NCBI GenBank assembly: GCA_021325135.1
Contig: JAJPHT010000007.1
Location: 33,776-97,775, forward strand
Length of the DNA stretch: 64,000 nucleotides
Direction: 5' to 3'
DNA from: Pseudomonadota bacterium
Lineage (GTDB): Archaea; Thermoplasmatota; SW-10-69-26; JACQPN01; JAJPHT01
This document shows, piece by piece, positions 1 to 9,841 of the stretch (positions within the stretch are counted from its first letter, which is position 1; each line of letters opens with the position of its first letter). The notes under the pieces were generated by a model. That model searched no databases and was not told where the DNA came from. It was given only the letters and a program-made list of their open reading frames with translations. Position numbers and translations under genes: made by a program.

Positions 1-608
1 GCCAGCACGTTGACCGAGCCGGTTTCGTCCTCGATCTCCAGGAGGCGGTGCCCGTTCTTGGTGGTGCGGATCTCGGTCACGATGCCGATGAGCGGGATTT
101 TCGCGAGCCCCCCCATGCGCGCCCGCGCGATGGGCACCGCGCCGGAGATCTCGCGGCGCTGCTTGAGCATCTTGCGGATCTTGGCGAGCCGGTCGTTGAA
201 GTAGCGCGTGAAGTCGCTGATGGCGCCCTCGCAGGTGGAGTTCCCGGTGACGTCCGCGAGCACCTCGACCTCGTGCGGGTACGCGTCGAGCAGGCGCGGC
301 CGCGGCGGGAGCGGGCCGCCCACGACGCGCGCCTTGGGCGCCGGCACCGCGGGCTCGTCCAGGAGCGCGCCGCGCGTGTCGGGCGTGAAGGGGGGCGGCG
401 CCGGGGGCTCGGGCGGGGCCGCGGGGAGCACGGGCGTCTCGGGCGGACGCGGGACCGCGCGCTCCAGCTCGTCCACGGTGATGAGGAGCGGAAGCTCGCT
501 CCGCGCGAGGAGCGCTTCGCCCAGCGCGGGCTCCTTCTCCAGGCGGGCCGCGGCGTCGGGCGCCACGAAGGCCCCGCGCTTCAGAAGCTCCGCGACGAGG
601 GCCTGCAC
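1..608 (-). CDS. DNA polymerase D small subunit DP1, N-terminal part (runs off window start)
   Basis: Not in the ORF track. Manual minus-strand translation gives STCEG..DFTRYFNDRLAKIRKML and LIGIVTEIRTTKNGHRLLEIEDETGSVNVL, typical of the DP1 OB-fold region; GTG start at 608. Confidence 0.85.
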   Translation of the reverse strand, partial: MQALVAELLKRGAFVAPDAAARLEKEPALGEALLARSELPLLITVDELERAVPRPPETPVLPAAPPEPPAPPPFTPDTRGALLDEPAVPAPKARVVGGPLPPRPRLLDAYPHEVEVLADVTGNSTCEGAISDFTRYFNDRLAKIRKMLKQRREISGAVPIARARMGGLAKIPLIGIVTEIRTTKNGHRLLEIEDETGSVNVL

Positions 609-690
609 GCCTCGGCCGAGGCCGCCGGAGGCCAAAAGGGTACGCCTCGGGCCGCCGGACGCGCCGCGGCCCGGGTGCGCTTCGCCTGGA

Positions 691-1812
691 TCAGGCGAGC
701 CCGGCGCACACGAAGGCGACGCAGAGGCCCGCGTCCACCTCGCGCGTCGCGGGCGTCGCGCCGGCGTCGAGGCAGACGGGCGCCAGGTAGTCGCCTCCGC
801 AGACGTGGGCGACGCCCCCCGTGGGGTGGAAGACGAGGCCCGCCTGGAGGTCCGCGATGAGCGTGTAGCCGCCCTGGTTGAGGGAGACGGAAGCGCCTGA
901 GGAGGACGCGTCGGCGCCGACGCCGAAGCCCTGCCCGCCCGCGTCCTCGCGCACCGCCGCGCCCGCGCCGGGGAGCGCGTGGCAGCTCGTCCACTCCGCG
1001 CCCGCCGCGAAGCCCATGGCCTGGTCGCAGGACGCCACGACGCCGATGCCATCCACGTCGGCCCCGACCACCTCGGTCACGGACTGCGCATCGTCGCCGG
1101 GCACGACGTCGAGGCGGTGCTGGACGCGGGCCACGAGGCGCACCTCGCCCACGGCCCCGAGGCGGCTCCACGGGACGGAGACGTGCGCGGTGGCCCCAGG
1201 CGCGAGGTCGATCTGCCCGGAGAAGAGCGTCTGGCTCCCCTGGGTGGCCTCCTCGACGAGGGTCACGGCGGCGCCGTCCGCGGAGGCCGGGCCGAGGTTG
1301 GCCACGTCGAAGCCCACGACGCGGGGCTGGAACGCCGGGAGCGCGCCCGCGCCCGTCTCCACGGTGAGGTTCGTCACCTGCAGGTCGGTCGCGGGCTCCA
1401 GCGAGACGGTGAACGCATACGAGGTCGGGTTGGACGACCAGTCGTCGTAGAGCACCCACGACACCGGGCTGGGGCCAGGGAGCGTGAGGGCGACGTCGCC
1501 GCCCTGGACCGGTCCGCGGTAGAGGAGGTTCCCGTCAAGGATGACGGCGATGGAGAGGAAGTCGCCCGACGCGACCGACGAGGTCAGGTGGAGGATGGAG
1601 GGCTGGCCGAAGGCCAGGGAGTACCAGTCCTCGCGGTCGCCGGAGGAGACGTCGAGCGCGCCCTGGTAGGTGCCCACGGAGAGGGGCATCGGAGGGAAGC
1701 CGTCGTTGGGCGCGTCGCCCCCCGAGCCGGCGTCGTCCTGGTCCGCGGCGGACGCCAGGGGGATCGCCAGGAGCGCGACAGGGATCAGGATCGTGAGAAG
1801 CTTCCTCGCCAT
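691..1812 (-). CDS. Secreted protein with PPC-like and CARDB-like domains
   Basis: Signal peptide; QDDAGSGGDA and DREDWY motifs; TDLQV...VANLGPA..L.PG CARDB-like segment. Confidence 0.65.
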   Translation of the reverse strand: MARKLLTILIPVALLAIPLASAADQDDAGSGGDAPNDGFPPMPLSVGTYQGALDVSSGDREDWYSLAFGQPSILHLTSSVASGDFLSIAVILDGNLLYRGPVQGGDVALTLPGPSPVSWVLYDDWSSNPTSYAFTVSLEPATDLQVTNLTVETGAGALPAFQPRVVGFDVANLGPASADGAAVTLVEEATQGSQTLFSGQIDLAPGATAHVSVPWSRLGAVGEVRLVARVQHRLDVVPGDDAQSVTEVVGADVDGIGVVASCDQAMGFAAGAEWTSCHALPGAGAAVREDAGGQGFGVGADASSSGASVSLNQGGYTLIADLQAGLVFHPTGGVAHVCGGDYLAPVCLDAGATPATREVDAGLCVAFVCAGLA

Positions 1813-1872
1813 GCCGGCGGGACAAAGGGTCCCGGACGTAACACTTCTCGCGAGGGCGTATGCGGAACGCCC

Positions 1873-2058
1873 TCAGAAGCGGCCGCGGACGCTGAGGCGG
1901 AAGGCCTCAAGGTCGTTGGTCGTGCGGAACTGCTTGGGCTCCCCGACGTTGCCGCAGTGGAGGCACTCCACGGAGGCCTCCTCGTAGGCGAACTCCCCGC
2001 CCTCGTGGTCCACGTGCTGGAGGAGGGTGCTTCCGCACCGCGCGCAGGCGCCGGGCAT
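1873..2058 (-). CDS. Small zinc-finger protein
   Basis: 61 aa with two CxxC motifs (CARC, CLHC). Confidence 0.7.
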   Translation of the reverse strand: MPGACARCGSTLLQHVDHEGGEFAYEEASVECLHCGNVGEPKQFRTTNDLEAFRLSVRGRF

Positions 2059-2222
2059 GAAGGTCGAGTGGCGTCGGAGGATGCAAAACCCTTCCGCCAG
2101 GCCGGTTTGCGTCCGCGGTGCCTGCCCGCTCCCCCTTCCCTGATTCCGTCGTCAGGGGTGGCGCAATCCTCAAAAAGCAGGGGGCGGCTAGCGCCGCATC
2201 TCCCCTTGAGGAAGTGCACCCT

Positions 2223-4442
2223 TTGGCGAAGGAAGTCACGCTCAAAGTGTCCGAGGCGGTCCAGGAGGACGTGGCGAAGGGCCGCGTCCGCGTGGACGCC
2301 GCGACCCGTCTCGATCTCCACCTCACCGTCGGCGACGTGGTGGAGATCATCGGCAAGAAGTCCACCGCGGCCATTGTCTGGCGCGCCCACCCCGACGACG
2401 AGGGGAAGGGCCTCATCCGCATGGACGGCCTCATCCGCGACAACGCGGGCGTGGGCATCGGCGACAAGGTCAGGATCCGGAAGGTCGAGGTCAACCCGGC
2501 CAACCGCATCACCCTCGCCCCCGTGATCGAAGAGGGGCAGAAGCTCCAGTTCGGCAGCGGCATCGAGGGCGTCGTCAAGCGCGGCCTCTTCAAGCGCCCC
2601 GTCACCAAGGGCGACACCGTCATCGTCCCGGGCATCGCCCTCATCGGGCGCGCGCTCCCCTTCATCGTGGTGGAGATCAGCCCCGCCGGCATCGTGCAGA
2701 TCACCGAGGGCACCGAGGTCAACATCCGCGAGGAGGCCATCTCGGAGTCCGAGCTTGCGGCCCCCAAGGTCACCTACGAGGACGTGGGCGGCCTCAAGGA
2801 CGAGCTGACCAAGGTCCGCGAGATGATCGAGCTTCCCCTGAAGCACCCGGAGCTGTTCGACCGCCTGGGCATCGAGCCCCCCAAGGGCGTGCTCCTCCAG
2901 GGCCCCCCCGGCACCGGCAAGACGCTCATCGCCAAGGCCGTCGCCAACGAGTCGGGCGCCAACTTCTACTCCATCCAGGGCCCCGAGATCATGAGCAAGT
3001 TCTACGGCGAGTCCGAGGCGAGGCTGCGCGAGGTCTTCGAGGAGGCCGAGCAGAACGCTCCCGCCATCATCTTCATCGACGAGATCGACTCCATCGCGTC
3101 CAAGCGCGAGGACACGCAGGGCGAGGTGGAGCGCCGCGTCGTCGCGCAGCTGCTCACGCTCATGGACGGCCTCAAGGGCCGCGGCAAGGTCGTCGTCATC
3201 GGCGCCACGAACCGCGTCGACGCCGTCGACCCCGCGCTGCGCCGCCCGGGCCGCTTCGACCGCGAGATCGAGATCGGCGTGCCCAGCCGCGAAGGCCGCA
3301 AGGAGATCATGCAGATCCACACGCGCTCGATGCCGCTGGACAACAGCTTCGACATCGACTACCTCGTGGACAACAGCCACGGCTTCGTGGGCGCGGACCT
3401 CGCCGCGCTGGCGAAGGAAGGCGCCATGAAGGCGCTGCGCCGCTACCTCCCCGAGATCGACCTGGACAAGCCCATCCCCACCGAGATGCTGGAGAAGATG
3501 GTCATCCGCATGGACGACTTCAAGGACGCGCTGCGCGAGATCGAGCCCAGCGCGCTGCGCGAGGTCCTGATCGAGATCCCCCGCACCACGTGGGAGGACG
3601 TCGGCGGCCTGGGCGAGCTGAAGCAGCAGCTCCGCGAGGCCGTCGAGTGGCCCCTCAACAGCCCCGAGGTGTTCAAGCGCATGGGCATCAAGCCCCCGCG
3701 CGGCATCCTGCTCTACGGCCCCCCCGGCACCGGCAAGACGCTGCTGGCCAAGGCCGTCGCCAACGAGAGCCGCGCCAACTTCATCTCGGTGAAGGGCCCC
3801 GAAGTGCTCTCCAAGTGGGTCGGCGAGTCCGAGAAGGCCATCAGGGAGATTTTCAAGAAGGCGAAGCAGGCCAGCCCGTGCATCGTCTTCATGGACGAGA
3901 TCGACAGCATCGCGCCCCGGCGCAGCATGGGCTCGTCGGACAGCCACGTCACGGAGCGCATGGTCAACCAGCTTCTCACCAGCATCGACGGCATGGAGGC
4001 GCTGGAGGGCATCGTCGTCATCGCGGCGACGAACCGCCCCGACATCCTCGACCCCGCGTTGCTGCGTGCCGGCCGCTTCGACCGCCTGCTCCAGGCGCCG
4101 CCCCCCGACAAGGACGCGCGCAAGAAGATCCTGGAGATCCACGCCCAGGGCATGCCCCTCAAGGACGTGGACCTGGAGGAGCTTGCCAACCGCACCGGGG
4201 GCTACGTGGGCGCGGACCTGCAGTCCCTCTGCCGCGAGGCCGCCATGCTCGCCCTGCGCGAGAACATGAAGGCCGAGGTCGTGACGATGAAGAACTTCGA
4301 GCAGGCGCTGGCGCAGGTGCGCCCCTCGGTCGACGAGAACACGACCGAGTACTACAAGAAGATCGCCTCCGAGCTCGAAGGCGGCATCATCCGCAAGCAG
4401 AAGGAAGCGCGCAACACGCAGAAGGGCGTCGAGTACCTGTAG
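2223..4442 (+). CDS. cdc48: CDC48/VCP (VAT) AAA+ ATPase
   Basis: N-domain plus two AAA modules (GPPGTGKT twice, DEID, RPGRFD); C-terminal hydrophobic-Tyr-X tail; TTG start inferred. Confidence 0.97.
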   Translation: MAKEVTLKVSEAVQEDVAKGRVRVDAATRLDLHLTVGDVVEIIGKKSTAAIVWRAHPDDEGKGLIRMDGLIRDNAGVGIGDKVRIRKVEVNPANRITLAPVIEEGQKLQFGSGIEGVVKRGLFKRPVTKGDTVIVPGIALIGRALPFIVVEISPAGIVQITEGTEVNIREEAISESELAAPKVTYEDVGGLKDELTKVREMIELPLKHPELFDRLGIEPPKGVLLQGPPGTGKTLIAKAVANESGANFYSIQGPEIMSKFYGESEARLREVFEEAEQNAPAIIFIDEIDSIASKREDTQGEVERRVVAQLLTLMDGLKGRGKVVVIGATNRVDAVDPALRRPGRFDREIEIGVPSREGRKEIMQIHTRSMPLDNSFDIDYLVDNSHGFVGADLAALAKEGAMKALRRYLPEIDLDKPIPTEMLEKMVIRMDDFKDALREIEPSALREVLIEIPRTTWEDVGGLGELKQQLREAVEWPLNSPEVFKRMGIKPPRGILLYGPPGTGKTLLAKAVANESRANFISVKGPEVLSKWVGESEKAIREIFKKAKQASPCIVFMDEIDSIAPRRSMGSSDSHVTERMVNQLLTSIDGMEALEGIVVIAATNRPDILDPALLRAGRFDRLLQAPPPDKDARKKILEIHAQGMPLKDVDLEELANRTGGYVGADLQSLCREAAMLALRENMKAEVVTMKNFEQALAQVRPSVDENTTEYYKKIASELEGGIIRKQKEARNTQKGVEYL

Positions 4443-4493
4443 GCGAAGCGTTCTTCGGGGTGCGCCTCGTTCCGCGGGAGCGAGGCTGACCCC

Positions 4494-4733
4494 TTGCGAA
4501 CGCTCCTCCTCGCCCTCCTGCTCGTGCCCGCGACCTTCGTCCTCGCCGCCCCCGCGTCCGCGGAGGGCTCGCTGCCCTGCCAGGTGACGTACCACCAGGT
4601 CTACCTCGACATGGACCACCCCACCAACGTGCCCGACGGCGTGCAGTGCGAGTCGTGCCACGTCACCTACCACCAGGTGTACCTGGACATGGACCACGCG
4701 ACGAACGTCTCCGACGGCGTCGAGTGCGCCTGA
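4494..4733 (+). CDS. Small secreted Cys-loop peptide with two tandem repeats
   Basis: Signal peptide followed by two copies of CxVTYHQVYLDMDHxTNVxDGVxC. Confidence 0.75.
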   Translation: MRTLLLALLLVPATFVLAAPASAEGSLPCQVTYHQVYLDMDHPTNVPDGVQCESCHVTYHQVYLDMDHATNVSDGVECA

Positions 4734-4736
4734 GCG

Positions 4737-5045
4737 TCACGCGACCCTGTCGTTCTCGCACGCGATGAGCGCGCCGCGGTAGGAGAACACCGAGGCGCCC
4801 GCGCACCCCAGGATCGTCCGCGCCGCGTCCAGGTCGGCGGGGGAGAGGTCCAGCGTCACGTTCCGCCCGTCGTGCGCCGCCTCGATGCCGCCGCGCAGCG
4901 GAGCTGAGAGCCGCTGGAACTGCTCGTCGGTGAGCGACGCGACGGCGTTGGAGCCTGGCGGCGCAGGGTGGAGACGGATCGAGCCGCCGTAGCTCGACGC
5001 GCAGCCCGCGACGAGCAGGCACGCGACGAGGAGAAGCGCCCGCAC
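4737..5045 (-). CDS. Putative lipoprotein
   Basis: Hydrophobic leader with lipobox VAGC; GTG start inferred. Confidence 0.6.
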   Translation of the reverse strand: MRALLLVACLLVAGCASSYGGSIRLHPAPPGSNAVASLTDEQFQRLSAPLRGGIEAAHDGRNVTLDLSPADLDAARTILGCAGASVFSYRGALIACENDRVA

Positions 5046-5103
5046 GGCCAGGCATGGACGCGACGGAGCGAAGGCTTTGCGCCACGAGGGCCCTTGGGTC
5101 CGC

Positions 5104-5535
5104 GTGGCGAAGCGCATCTGGACCCTCGGCTACGAGGGCCGCGACCCCAATGGGTTCGTGGCCGCGCTGCGCGAGGCGGACGTGCAGCGCGTCGTCGACG
5201 TGCGCGAGCTTCCCCTCTCGCGCAAGGTGGGCTTCAGCAAGGCCTCCCTCGCGCGCGGGCTGGAGGCCGCGGGCATCGCGTACACGCACCTGCGCGCGCT
5301 GGGGACTCCCCGGCCCATCCGCCACGCGCTGAAGTCCGGCGGCGACCCCGAGACGTTCCGCCGCGACTACCGCGCCTACGCCGAGACGCAGCCCGAGGCC
5401 TTGGCCCAACTGGAGGATCTCGCGCGGCGCGAGCGCGTCGCCATGCTCTGCGTCGAGGCCACGGCCGACGTGTGCCACCGCGGCGTCCTGGGGGAGATGC
5501 TGAAGGAGCGCGGCTGGCGCGTCACGCACCTCTGA
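5104..5535 (+). CDS. DUF488 family protein
   Basis: IWTLGYEG, VVDVRELPLSRKVGFSK, LCVE....CHR motifs. Confidence 0.9.
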   Translation: MAKRIWTLGYEGRDPNGFVAALREADVQRVVDVRELPLSRKVGFSKASLARGLEAAGIAYTHLRALGTPRPIRHALKSGGDPETFRRDYRAYAETQPEALAQLEDLARRERVAMLCVEATADVCHRGVLGEMLKERGWRVTHL

Positions 5536-5588
5536 GCCGCCTAGGCTCTCCGGAGAACGCTTGAGCCTGCGCGGCGCGATGCCGCCGC

Positions 5589-6434
5589 ATGCGCGCCCCC
5601 GCGCTCATCACCGCCCTTCTTCTCGCGCTCCCCTTGGCGGGGGCCTCCATCCTGCCCCCGTCGGACCTGCCGGTGCTCGTCCACGCGGAGGGGGACGGCC
5701 ACGGCTGGATGTCCATGCGCGTCCGCACCGACGGCAGCCCCTTCGTCGTGGAGATCGAAGGCCTCGGCGCCCAAGCCCCCGTGCTCGTGATCATGGACAT
5801 GCTCGACGGGAGCGGCGCGAGCCTGGGCCACGGCCTCACCGGCGGCTTCTCCGGCTGGCAGGGCGCCTACGTCACCGGCAGCCTCGCGGGCCAGGACGCG
5901 CGCGTGGAGCAGATGTCCGGCCAGGGCAGCCTGGGCTTCGGCCTCAACGCGCTGTTCAACGACCCCGCCGCCCCCGGGCCCCGGCTCGTGGGCACCTACG
6001 CCTTCGTCATGTGGGTGGGCGGCGAGACGCGGTCGTGGGACGGCGACGTGCGCGGCGGCCCCGGCATCGAGGTGCTTGGCGTCGACCACGGCGAGCGCAC
6101 GATGCTCGCCAGCGCGCGCAGCTTCCAGGCGACCGCCAACGCGGGCGCGACCGCCTTGGGCCTCAGCGCCCACGCGGTGGTGGACGGCACGGTGCGGTTC
6201 CACGCGGAGGACCACCCCTTCGGCCTCTACGAGCCGTGGCTTCCCGGCGCGTGGACGACCACGACCATGGACACCCCTGCCGGCACGCAGGCGTGCGCGT
6301 GCGAGCGGTTCGACGCGTCGGGGCCTGGCGCGCTGGGGCCCGGCGACTACGCGTTCCACCTCACGGGCGCCAGCGCGGGGCTGGAAGGGCCCGACGACGT
6401 GTTCCTCACCTTCGCCGACGCGCGCGTCCCGTGA
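5589..6434 (+). CDS. Secreted hypothetical protein
   Basis: Signal peptide, beta-rich body, host-like codon use. Confidence 0.65.
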   Translation: MRAPALITALLLALPLAGASILPPSDLPVLVHAEGDGHGWMSMRVRTDGSPFVVEIEGLGAQAPVLVIMDMLDGSGASLGHGLTGGFSGWQGAYVTGSLAGQDARVEQMSGQGSLGFGLNALFNDPAAPGPRLVGTYAFVMWVGGETRSWDGDVRGGPGIEVLGVDHGERTMLASARSFQATANAGATALGLSAHAVVDGTVRFHAEDHPFGLYEPWLPGAWTTTTMDTPAGTQACACERFDASGPGALGPGDYAFHLTGASAGLEGPDDVFLTFADARVP

Positions 6435-6511
6435 GGGCTTGACCCGTTCGCGGAGCCCGGCGCGTGCGCGGGCGAAACGCATGTGCGCCCACCCGCGGCT
6501 GCACGCCGCGC

Positions 6512-6694
6512 ATGAAGGCTGCCCTCCTCGCTCTCTGCGCGCTCTCGCTTCTGGTCGTCGTGGCGCCCGCCGTCGACGCCTCGCCCGGCACCATCACCCG
6601 CTGCGAGCTGAAGTACACCGACCTGGACACGATCTTCGCGCCCCAGGGCCAGGACCTCCCCTCCGTGCCCACCGGCGTCCAGTGCTACTACTGA
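6512..6694 (+). CDS. Small secreted Cys-loop peptide
   Basis: Signal peptide plus CELKY...VPTGVQC. Confidence 0.7.
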   Translation: MKAALLALCALSLLVVVAPAVDASPGTITRCELKYTDLDTIFAPQGQDLPSVPTGVQCYY

Positions 6695-6703
6695 GGCGAG
6701 ACG

Positions 6704-6895
6704 ATGCGCGCGTTCCTCCTCTCCCTTCTCCTCGTGGGCGCCTGCGTGGCGCTCGTCCCCGCCGCCAGCGCGACGTGCGTCGAGGGCGTGTGCGCTCCCA
6801 CCTGCCACTTGACGTACTCCGAGAAGATCACCATCTACAACGTGGACGGCCGCCCCACGGTCGTGCCCGTCCCCAACGGCTACCAGTGCTCGTGA
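6704..6895 (+). CDS. Small secreted Cys-loop peptide
   Basis: Signal peptide plus CHLTY...VPNGYQC. Confidence 0.7.
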   Translation: MRAFLLSLLLVGACVALVPAASATCVEGVCAPTCHLTYSEKITIYNVDGRPTVVPVPNGYQCS

Positions 6896-6899
6896 GCCC

Positions 6900-7118
6900 T
6901 CAGGGCTTCAGCCGCCCGTCGCGGTAGAGGCCCTCATCGTGCATGGCGCCGCCGCGCCAGTAGAACACGTAGGCGAGCAGGCCGCCCACGACCACGACGA
7001 CGATGGCCGCCAGCGCGACCGAGGCCAGGAGGCTGCCGTCCGGGGGCAGCGTGGACTCCTGGGGCGCGCTGGAGTTGGGGGCGAGCAGGAGCGCCAGGAG
7101 AAGCGCGGCGCCGCGCAT
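6900..7118 (-). CDS. Small membrane protein
   Basis: Two hydrophobic segments; starts 1 nt after the upstream gene ends. Confidence 0.55.
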   Translation of the reverse strand: MRGAALLLALLLAPNSSAPQESTLPPDGSLLASVALAAIVVVVVGGLLAYVFYWRGGAMHDEGLYRDGRLKP

Positions 7119-7119
7119 C

Positions 7120-7788
7120 TCAGATCCGGGGCATCCTGCCGTAGCGGTACGCGCGCCTCGGCGTCTCGGAGACGCGGCGCTCCTCTCCGCGCGGGGTGTA
7201 GAGGGCCCCGGAGACCGCGCCCGCGATGCCCGCGGCCAGCAGGCACGCGACGACGTAGATCACGCCGGCAGAGGTGCCGTAGTAGCCGAGGCTCGTCGTC
7301 CAGCCCGGACGCAGGTAGAGCCCGCTGGGCCACGCGACGTTGGCGAGGTCCACGCCCGCCGCGTTGACGCCCATGGCGAAGCCGATGGCGGTGAGGATCG
7401 CCAGCGCGAGGAGCCCGACCAGCGTGCCCACGGCGCCGCCCAGGGCGCCTTGCCCGCCGTCGCGCGTCCTCGTGCCGGCCCAGAAGCCGCCGAACGCGGC
7501 GAGGATCGGGCCCGCCACCAGGGGGAGGAGGCCCACGAGGGAGGCCGCGCCCAGGACGGGGGACTGCGTGGGGTCCGCGAGGTTCACGCCTTTGATCGCA
7601 TAGGCCGAGGAGAAGGCGAGGATGCCTGCCGCGACGCCCAAGGCGACGAAGAGCCCCAGGACGCCCAGCCCGGAGCGCACCCAGTCGAGGGCGTCGCTCG
7701 TGCCGTAGGCCGGCTGGCGGCTGGGGAGCGCGGCCCGCTCCTCTCGGTCGTAAGGCTCGTCGTAGGGGTCTCGACGGTAGACTGCCAT
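7120..7788 (-). CDS. Multi-pass membrane protein
   Basis: Four hydrophobic helices; GGAGG RBS upstream. Confidence 0.7.
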   Translation of the reverse strand: MAVYRRDPYDEPYDREERAALPSRQPAYGTSDALDWVRSGLGVLGLFVALGVAAGILAFSSAYAIKGVNLADPTQSPVLGAASLVGLLPLVAGPILAAFGGFWAGTRTRDGGQGALGGAVGTLVGLLALAILTAIGFAMGVNAAGVDLANVAWPSGLYLRPGWTTSLGYYGTSAGVIYVVACLLAAGIAGAVSGALYTPRGEERRVSETPRRAYRYGRMPRI

Positions 7789-7863
7789 GCCTGCCTCCCG
7801 CGCCTCTCCGGGAAAACGGGTTCTGGCGTTCGCGTCGATGACGCCTGCGGGATGGGGCCCGGC

Positions 7864-8271
7864 TCAGCGCGCCTTCGCGACGGGGGCGAGCTGCGTCCTC
7901 AGGTCGGCGAGCTTGCGCTCCCACTCGGCGAAGACGCCCTTCTCGGCGGCGGGCGACCAGCTGCCCGAGAGCGTGGCCGTGACCAGCGTGCCGCCCGGCA
8001 CGGGCTCCACCTGGATCTGGCTCACGGTGTTGCGCTCGTCCACCACGGTCCACCCTTCGTCCTCGTGGAAGTGCGTGATCTGCGCGCGAAGCTCGCGGCC
8101 GCGGCGCGTGCGCAGGCCCAGCCACGCGCCCTGGAGGTGGTCCTGGCCGCCCACGAGGTGCGCCTCGTCGATGCCGGGCGCGAAGAGGGGCACGTTGCTG
8201 GCGGAGGAGAGGAAGCCGAACACCTCGCCCAGGGGGGCGGGGACGAGGACGCGCGTCTCGCGGGAGGCCAT
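7864..8271 (-). CDS. SRPBCC/START-fold protein
   Basis: VPAPLGEVFGFL...NVPLFAPG pattern. Confidence 0.7.
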   Translation of the reverse strand: MASRETRVLVPAPLGEVFGFLSSASNVPLFAPGIDEAHLVGGQDHLQGAWLGLRTRRGRELRAQITHFHEDEGWTVVDERNTVSQIQVEPVPGGTLVTATLSGSWSPAAEKGVFAEWERKLADLRTQLAPVAKAR

Positions 8272-8372
8272 GCACCCGCCACGCGCCGCGGTGGTGCTTG
8301 AACCTCCTGCTGGCGCCGAAGTGCACAAACGCTTATGCGTTGCCAAGCGGCCGGCGGCTTGGAGGGCTGAGG

Positions 8373-8528
8373 ATGCGCATTCCCGTCTTCGTGGGCGCGC
8401 AGGCGGAATGCCTGACCTGCGGCCGCGAGATCACCGACCCCCTGTCCGCGGAGGAGTGGGGCCGCTACTGCTCCCCCCGCTGCTACTTCGCGCGGGGCCT
8501 GCCGCCCCTGCTGCGCCAGGGCGCGTAG
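8373..8528 (+). CDS. Small Cys-rich zinc-binding protein
   Basis: CLTCG...YCSPRC; GGAGG upstream. Confidence 0.6.
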   Translation: MRIPVFVGAQAECLTCGREITDPLSAEEWGRYCSPRCYFARGLPPLLRQGA

Positions 8529-8823
8529 CGCCCACGTAGGCCTTCCTCAGGCGCCCGTCCTCGCGCCAATACTTGTACGTGTACGGGCCGTGGAGCATCC
8601 CCTCGCGGCACCGGCACCCCTTCTTGCCGCAGCGGACGCGCTCCTGGCGGAAGGTGTAGGTCACGGGCTTCCCGGCCACCTGGGCTTGGAGGGTCGCGAC
8701 GTGGCGCGCCTCGGCCTCCTCGGGCTTGACCAGGATGTCGTGGAGGAACCGGGTCAGGTCCTCCTGGTCCTCCCGGGGGAGGGCGGCGAGGAGGGCCTTC
8801 ACGCGGTCCAGGGGGGCGGCCAT
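8431..8823 (-). CDS. DUF6788-like protein
   Basis: VRCGKKGCRC...HGPYTYKYWREDGRLRKAYVG motif. Confidence 0.7.
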   Translation of the reverse strand: MAAPLDRVKALLAALPREDQEDLTRFLHDILVKPEEAEARHVATLQAQVAGKPVTYTFRQERVRCGKKGCRCREGMLHGPYTYKYWREDGRLRKAYVGATRPGAAGAAGPARSSSGGSSSGPTPPRTGGR

Positions 8824-8937
8824 CTTGGGTAACGCCCCCGGGACGGCCGGCCCATTACCTAAGACTTGCGCCGCGCCCGGGAAGTTCCCCGGTAAGGCAT
8901 CCCTTATTACGATCGCCCGGAAGAGGTGGGGGCCGCG

Positions 8938-9837
<900 letters not shown>

Positions 9838-9841
9838 TCCT

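Noticed and set aside
1785-4697. Long antisense and alternate-frame ORFs (e.g. 1785-4697, 43156-45783, 57355-59766)
   Set aside because: Shadows of real genes caused by the scarcity of stop codons in very GC-rich DNA; Arg/Gly/Ala-rich with no motifs.
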